A DNA stretch of 60,262 nt, filler included, from Basidiobolus ranarum (Eukaryota), in the NCBI GenBank assembly GCA_040143965.1. It is 14 parts of 14 records of this genome, joined end to end, with 100 filler letters (N's around TTAATTAATTAA, not from the genome) between each part and the next. Parts side by side here need not be neighbours in the genome. Positions count along the whole stretch, not along the records: positions 56,068 to 60,262 come from JASJQH010002074.1; 13 more parts are not named here. One strand, written 5' to 3'. Each line of letters starts with the position of its first letter. Positions within the stretch are counted from its first letter, which is position 1. This document shows, piece by piece, positions 56,068-60,262 of this stretch. The notes beneath the pieces were generated by a model, which saw only the letters and a program-made list of their open reading frames with translations, had not been told where the DNA came from and did no database searches. The translations under genes and the position numbers were made by a program.

Positions 56068-57679
56068 CAAAACACCATAATGATTTTTATGCATTTAAAA
56101 GTAAAAGCTATGAAGTTGCTATACAGGCCTTGACAAGCAATAATGCCACAATACCATAATTAATGCAGCATTCAGAAGCAACTAGTCAACAGTTACACAG
56201 TAACTCAATGATGGTAGCAGCCCTTCACAATGCTGTACTTGTGTTACAGCAACATGCTGCTCCCTCCATCCTTTCTCATATGGGATTTTGACCAATCCCA
56301 CACCATAAATATGAATGTCTCCATGACAATGTAGCACAGCAGAATATGTGTTGGACCATTAAGCCTACACAACGTCCTGAAATTGCCTGGGCACAGGAAA
56401 GTAGAAATCTCATAGGAGAACCAGCAAACTAGAAGACTCAGATTGTCAGAGCTGCCATCACTTGCTCTGATGCTGAGTTTAACATTTTGGAAACTGTGCA
56501 GAACCTTGCCCAAAATCACCTGCTTTGCGCCAATTGTGGAAAAACCAAAAACCAGGCATTACTCTGAAGGTTCTTGACTTATTCCATGTTGCTTATCTAG
56601 GGTTTTTGCAAGTAAATGGCAATTGGGCTAATATAGGCCTTTTCATGAAACATATCAAAAATGTACACAATTTTTGACTTGGAAAAGAAAGAAAAGTGAC
56701 TAAAGAAGTACTGAAGGAGCAGGAAGTAAGTAAACCCAAGGGAAAAGCAAGAAGCCAGTGAGCTTAGTCTCTACTGTCCCACTTAGCAAATTCTTCACAC
56801 CATTACAAAGATCTACATTTCCAGAGTCAGATATACTGGTAAATAAGCTTAATTGCACCATGGAATTGGGTACGCCAGTTGCATGAGTGCCAAATTTTGA
56901 TGTTTATCTAACACCTGGAACCTCTCAACAAGCCAAAACACCAGCAAATCAAACTCACGGGTCTCCAACCTCAACTGGTATTTTCTAAATTGGTGAAATT
57001 AGCCCCACAGTTAAAGGCATGCAAAATGCCATACAAACATCACAAAGCACCCTCAGTAGTATCACACTACAAGGATGTATGAAAATAGTACAAGTACTTG
57101 ACAAGTATTTTCAAAAGTATGAAGGGAAAAATGCAGTGCAAGTATGCAGAAAGTGGCTTTAGAAGAACATTCAACTTGACATTCAGTCTGGTGTTTACCA
57201 TGCAGATATCTGGGAATACTTTAATACAGAGTGGCACAATATTGCAGGGTATCTGCCAGATAGCTGGAAGAATGTTGATTCAACAACATTAATACAATGG
57301 AGGGCTTTGATGGAGATATTGATACAGACTTGTGTTGGATATGAGCTAAACCTTGGGTATGAAGAACTATTTAAAGATATTAGGGAGAATATATCAAAGA
57401 AACTTGGAATTTCAAAGGCTACAAATTAGCATTTAAGTGGTAAATGTGTAAAATTTGAGTTACATTTTTCACACAGCATTGATCCATAGTTTGCTGATAT
57501 TGTTGCCAATCATGTGCAACTATTTTGCAAGATCTTGAAATTTCACTCCTGAAACTGAAAAAATAGATTAAAATCAAATCTAAGTTGACAATTTTATGAT
57601 GGTAAGTAAATAGTCAATCCCAAATGGATTAAATTGTGACAATTTTCCTACAACAACAATCCTCAAATTTCTGTTACGG
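56068..57679 (+). mobile_element. CACTA-like element: best-preserved ORF2 copy (stop about 57427-57429) and putative right end
   Basis: KHHNDFYAF..LLCANCGKPKTRHYSEGS..ADIWEYFNTEWHNIAGYLPDSWKNVDSTTLIQWRALMEILIQTCVGYELNLGY; ends TTTCTGTTACGG. Confidence 0.7.
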
Positions 57680-58375
57680 TAAGCTGAATACATGGATGCC
57701 TGTGAAGCAGCAAAAGAAATAATATGGTTAAGAAAACTCTTAACAGATTTAGGTTATTTTCAAACTTCACCAACTACAATATTTCAAGATAATCAAAGTT
57801 GTATCAAATTAGCTAAAAATCCCACATGTCACAATAGAAGCAAACATATAGATAGTAAGCATCACTTCATTAGAGAGACTATAAAGAATAAGTTTATTGA
57901 CTTAACTTATTGTTCTGCAGAAGACATGATTGCTGCTATATTGACCAAACCATTAGCTAGACAGAAGCTTGAGAAATTTAGACCTTTGTTAGGATTAGTT
58001 TACATGATTATTTAGTTGAGGGAGAGTGTTGAAATTAGCATTGCCTAAACACCTATATAGTCATATATAGCTTAGTAAGTAGTTTTCTTATAATTCACTA
58101 AGATATTTTCCATTATTCCAAATTGGAATTTACTTATAATATTTTTACTAACTTAGAAGTTCTCGGATATATTGATTTTTTCAAACTGGTGCTAGAAGCC
58201 CTAAACTTTGCACACATGTTCCAGGGACCTTCCTTAACAAATTCTACATGTTAGTTTGTTTACATCTTGACAAAGCTGTCAATGTCAACTTTCTACTCAA
58301 TAAATCAATAAGTGAAAACCACCAATTCCTCTAATTCTACAAACCACTTCCAACAGGCTCCTAAGTGCTTTAACA
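57680..58375 (+). mobile_element. 3' end of a Ty1/Copia element: RNase H (to 58015), polypurine tract (58018-58026), 3' LTR C (58027-58375)
   Basis: AEYMDACEAAKEIIWLRKLL..DNQSCIKLAKNP..HNRSKHID..HFIRE..DMIAAILTKPL; GAGGGAGAG followed by TGTTGAA...TTTAACA. Confidence 0.93.
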
Positions 58376-58379
58376 AACA

Positions 58380-58730
58380 CAATGAGATTCTTGCATTTTT
58401 TGATTCCCATTATGGCTGGAATTTAAAGCCTACAATATCTAAATAAAGGCATACATATTAACTCAAATTCCTGTAGTAGTAAACCCTGTAATTTGCAATT
58501 CAAAAATCAGATTTTTGCAAAAATTGCTGGATATCAAATAATGCTTACCAAATAGAGGATCAATATTTGAACATGTATTAATACCATCAAAAAACTGTCA
58601 AGAAGCTGCTATCATACCATCAAAATCCCTGGCAGAATGAAAGCCACCAGCATTGTGATGGCTCTGTGATGGTATTGTAATACTGAAAAGTGGATCCAAT
58701 CCACATCATATCAATTTTATTTTTGTTGGG
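58380..58730 (-). mobile_element. Putative left end of the CACTA-like element (copy 2)
   Basis: Colinear with 47860-48206. Confidence 0.7.
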
Positions 58731-58734
58731 TGAA

Positions 58735-59811
58735 TATCAATTGTCTGCCAATGAGCTTTTGAAGATAAATACAGCTCTGATGGCAATATATAAGTATACA
58801 AGGCAACACTATTATCCATAAGTTATTCCAAAGCATCAGATATAGATTAGACTGAAATATTTACTCCTATGGGAAAGCTTATTGAAATCAGATTGATTTT
58901 AGCAATAAAGCAAAATTTCAGATCATTATACATCGAATAGATTTAAAACATCTTTTTGGAATAGCAAGCTTGCTGAGGGGATCTGTATAGACCAGCTAAA
59001 TGGATTTGCCAACACAGAAAGCCCTAAAAATGTTGGCAGACACTTGAAAACTCTCTATGGCTTAAAGCACTCTCCAAGAGCTTGGAACAGCATGAAAGAT
59101 ACTTTTTTTGGAACACTAAGACTTAAAAAAATAATGCTACCTATAGTACCTACTTCATGCCAGATAAGGCAAACCCAGTTTTATTTGACATATATACAAT
59201 TGGCCTTATTATAGCAATCAATCACTTGAAGACTTTGGAGAAAATCAAATCCAGCTTATCAGCCAAATTCAAAATGACTAATTCTTGATAACTGATGTAC
59301 TGTCTTGGGATCCAAATTAAGATAGATAGAACTACCTAAACAATGTTTTAACGTAGTCTGTACATACTAGATGCACCAAAGTGGTTTAAAGTGGATGAAA
59401 ATAGTCTAGTGTCTATCTCAATGAAGACTAATTTTGACTTGACTAAAAATAGCTCAAATCAGATGTTTTGGGGATTCATATGAAAGCCAGAAATTTCCTT
59501 ATCCATTTTGGTTGGTAGTTTGATATATATGATGGTTGTAACATGGCCAGATATTAAATATTGTGCCGGAGTTATGTGCCAATATCTTTAAAATTATGGA
59601 TCTGATCAATTCAAAACAGCTAAGTGGATATTTGAGTGTTTGAAAGGTACTGTGGATCTGTGTTTAAAATATGGGGAAGAAATATTGGAGACAGATGTCA
59701 CACAACAGGATATTTCTCTTTTGCTATAATAGAGCTATTTCTTGATATTAAAAGTAACTACCTACCTTAGGACTTTCAACAGAAGAAGCAGAATATTTAG
59801 CTATCTGTAAA
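58735..59811 (+). mobile_element. Heavily degenerate Copia RT to RNase H region
   Basis: DQLNGF..LKTLYGLKHSPRAWN; LSAKFKMT; VGSLIYMMVVTWPDI; LSTEEAEYLAICK. Confidence 0.85.
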
Positions 59812-60262
59812 TGCTAACAAAAATAAATTTGATATGATCCAGGTTGGATCCATCCTCTGAAAGAGCAAACCCATCACAGAACCATCACAATATTGGTGGC
59901 TTGCATTCTGTCAGGGATTTTGATGGTGTGATGGCAACTTCTTGATGGTATTTTGATGGTGTGATGGCAGCTTCTAGATGGTATTCATACATGTGAAATA
60001 TTGATCCTCAAACTTGGCATGCATTATTCAATATCTGGCAATTTTTGCAAAAACATAATTTTCAAATGGCAAATTACTAGGTTTACTGCTGTAGCAATTC
60101 AATATAATATGCATGCCTTTATTTAGATGTTTTAGGCTTTGTATTCCTGCCATAATGAGAATCAAAAAATACAAGAATCTTGTTGTGTTTAGTCTCTACA
60201 TTGCACATACTTCACTGATTAGACATAACTCAACAGCATCAATATGCTTTACCAGCAACCTA
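59812..60262 (+). mobile_element. Putative left end of the CACTA-like element (copy 3), running off the window
   Basis: Reverse complement of about 47780-48206; multiple TGATGG / CCATCA subterminal motifs. Confidence 0.7.

Overview
This is not one continuous locus. It is 14 unrelated contigs of about 4.2 kb, in descending length order (4231 to 4195 bp), joined by 13 identical 100-bp spacers (44 N + TTAATTAATTAA + 44 N). Gene adjacency across spacers is therefore meaningless. The DNA is from a fungus with short GT-AG introns. An early-diverging lineage (Zoopagomycota/Mucoromycota, possibly Basidiobolus-like) is my inference only. Recognisable genes: CreA/Mig1-type C2H2 factor, tandem-SH3 protein, mitochondrial PPR protein, mitochondrial DnaJ, SLC35C2-like transporter, hybrid histidine kinase, sugar porter, hexokinase, Rho1, DUF1648-like membrane protein, secreted S41 peptidase, riboflavin synthase, G-protein gamma subunit, LRR protein and TLDc/Oxr1. 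Contigs 1, 12 and 14 and parts of 5 and 11 are nested, CpG-depleted transposon debris: Copia, Gypsy, three LTR families, a two-ORF CACTA/EnSpm-like family and an IS5/Harbinger-like DDE. The best candidates for undescribed biology are four. (1) An acidic protein with no TPR domain, 7 WxxxF motifs, a 4-copy DGxEVVxFLxxxxFPxEL repeat and a C-terminal PTS2-like peptide, possibly a peroxisomal import factor. (2) A probably secreted Lys/Tyr-rich 20-aa tandem-repeat protein. (3) An RRM protein with tandem winged-helix/LOTUS-like domains and a basic arm. (4) The CACTA-like family with an unrecognised second ORF. All calls come from reading motifs by eye; no searches were run.
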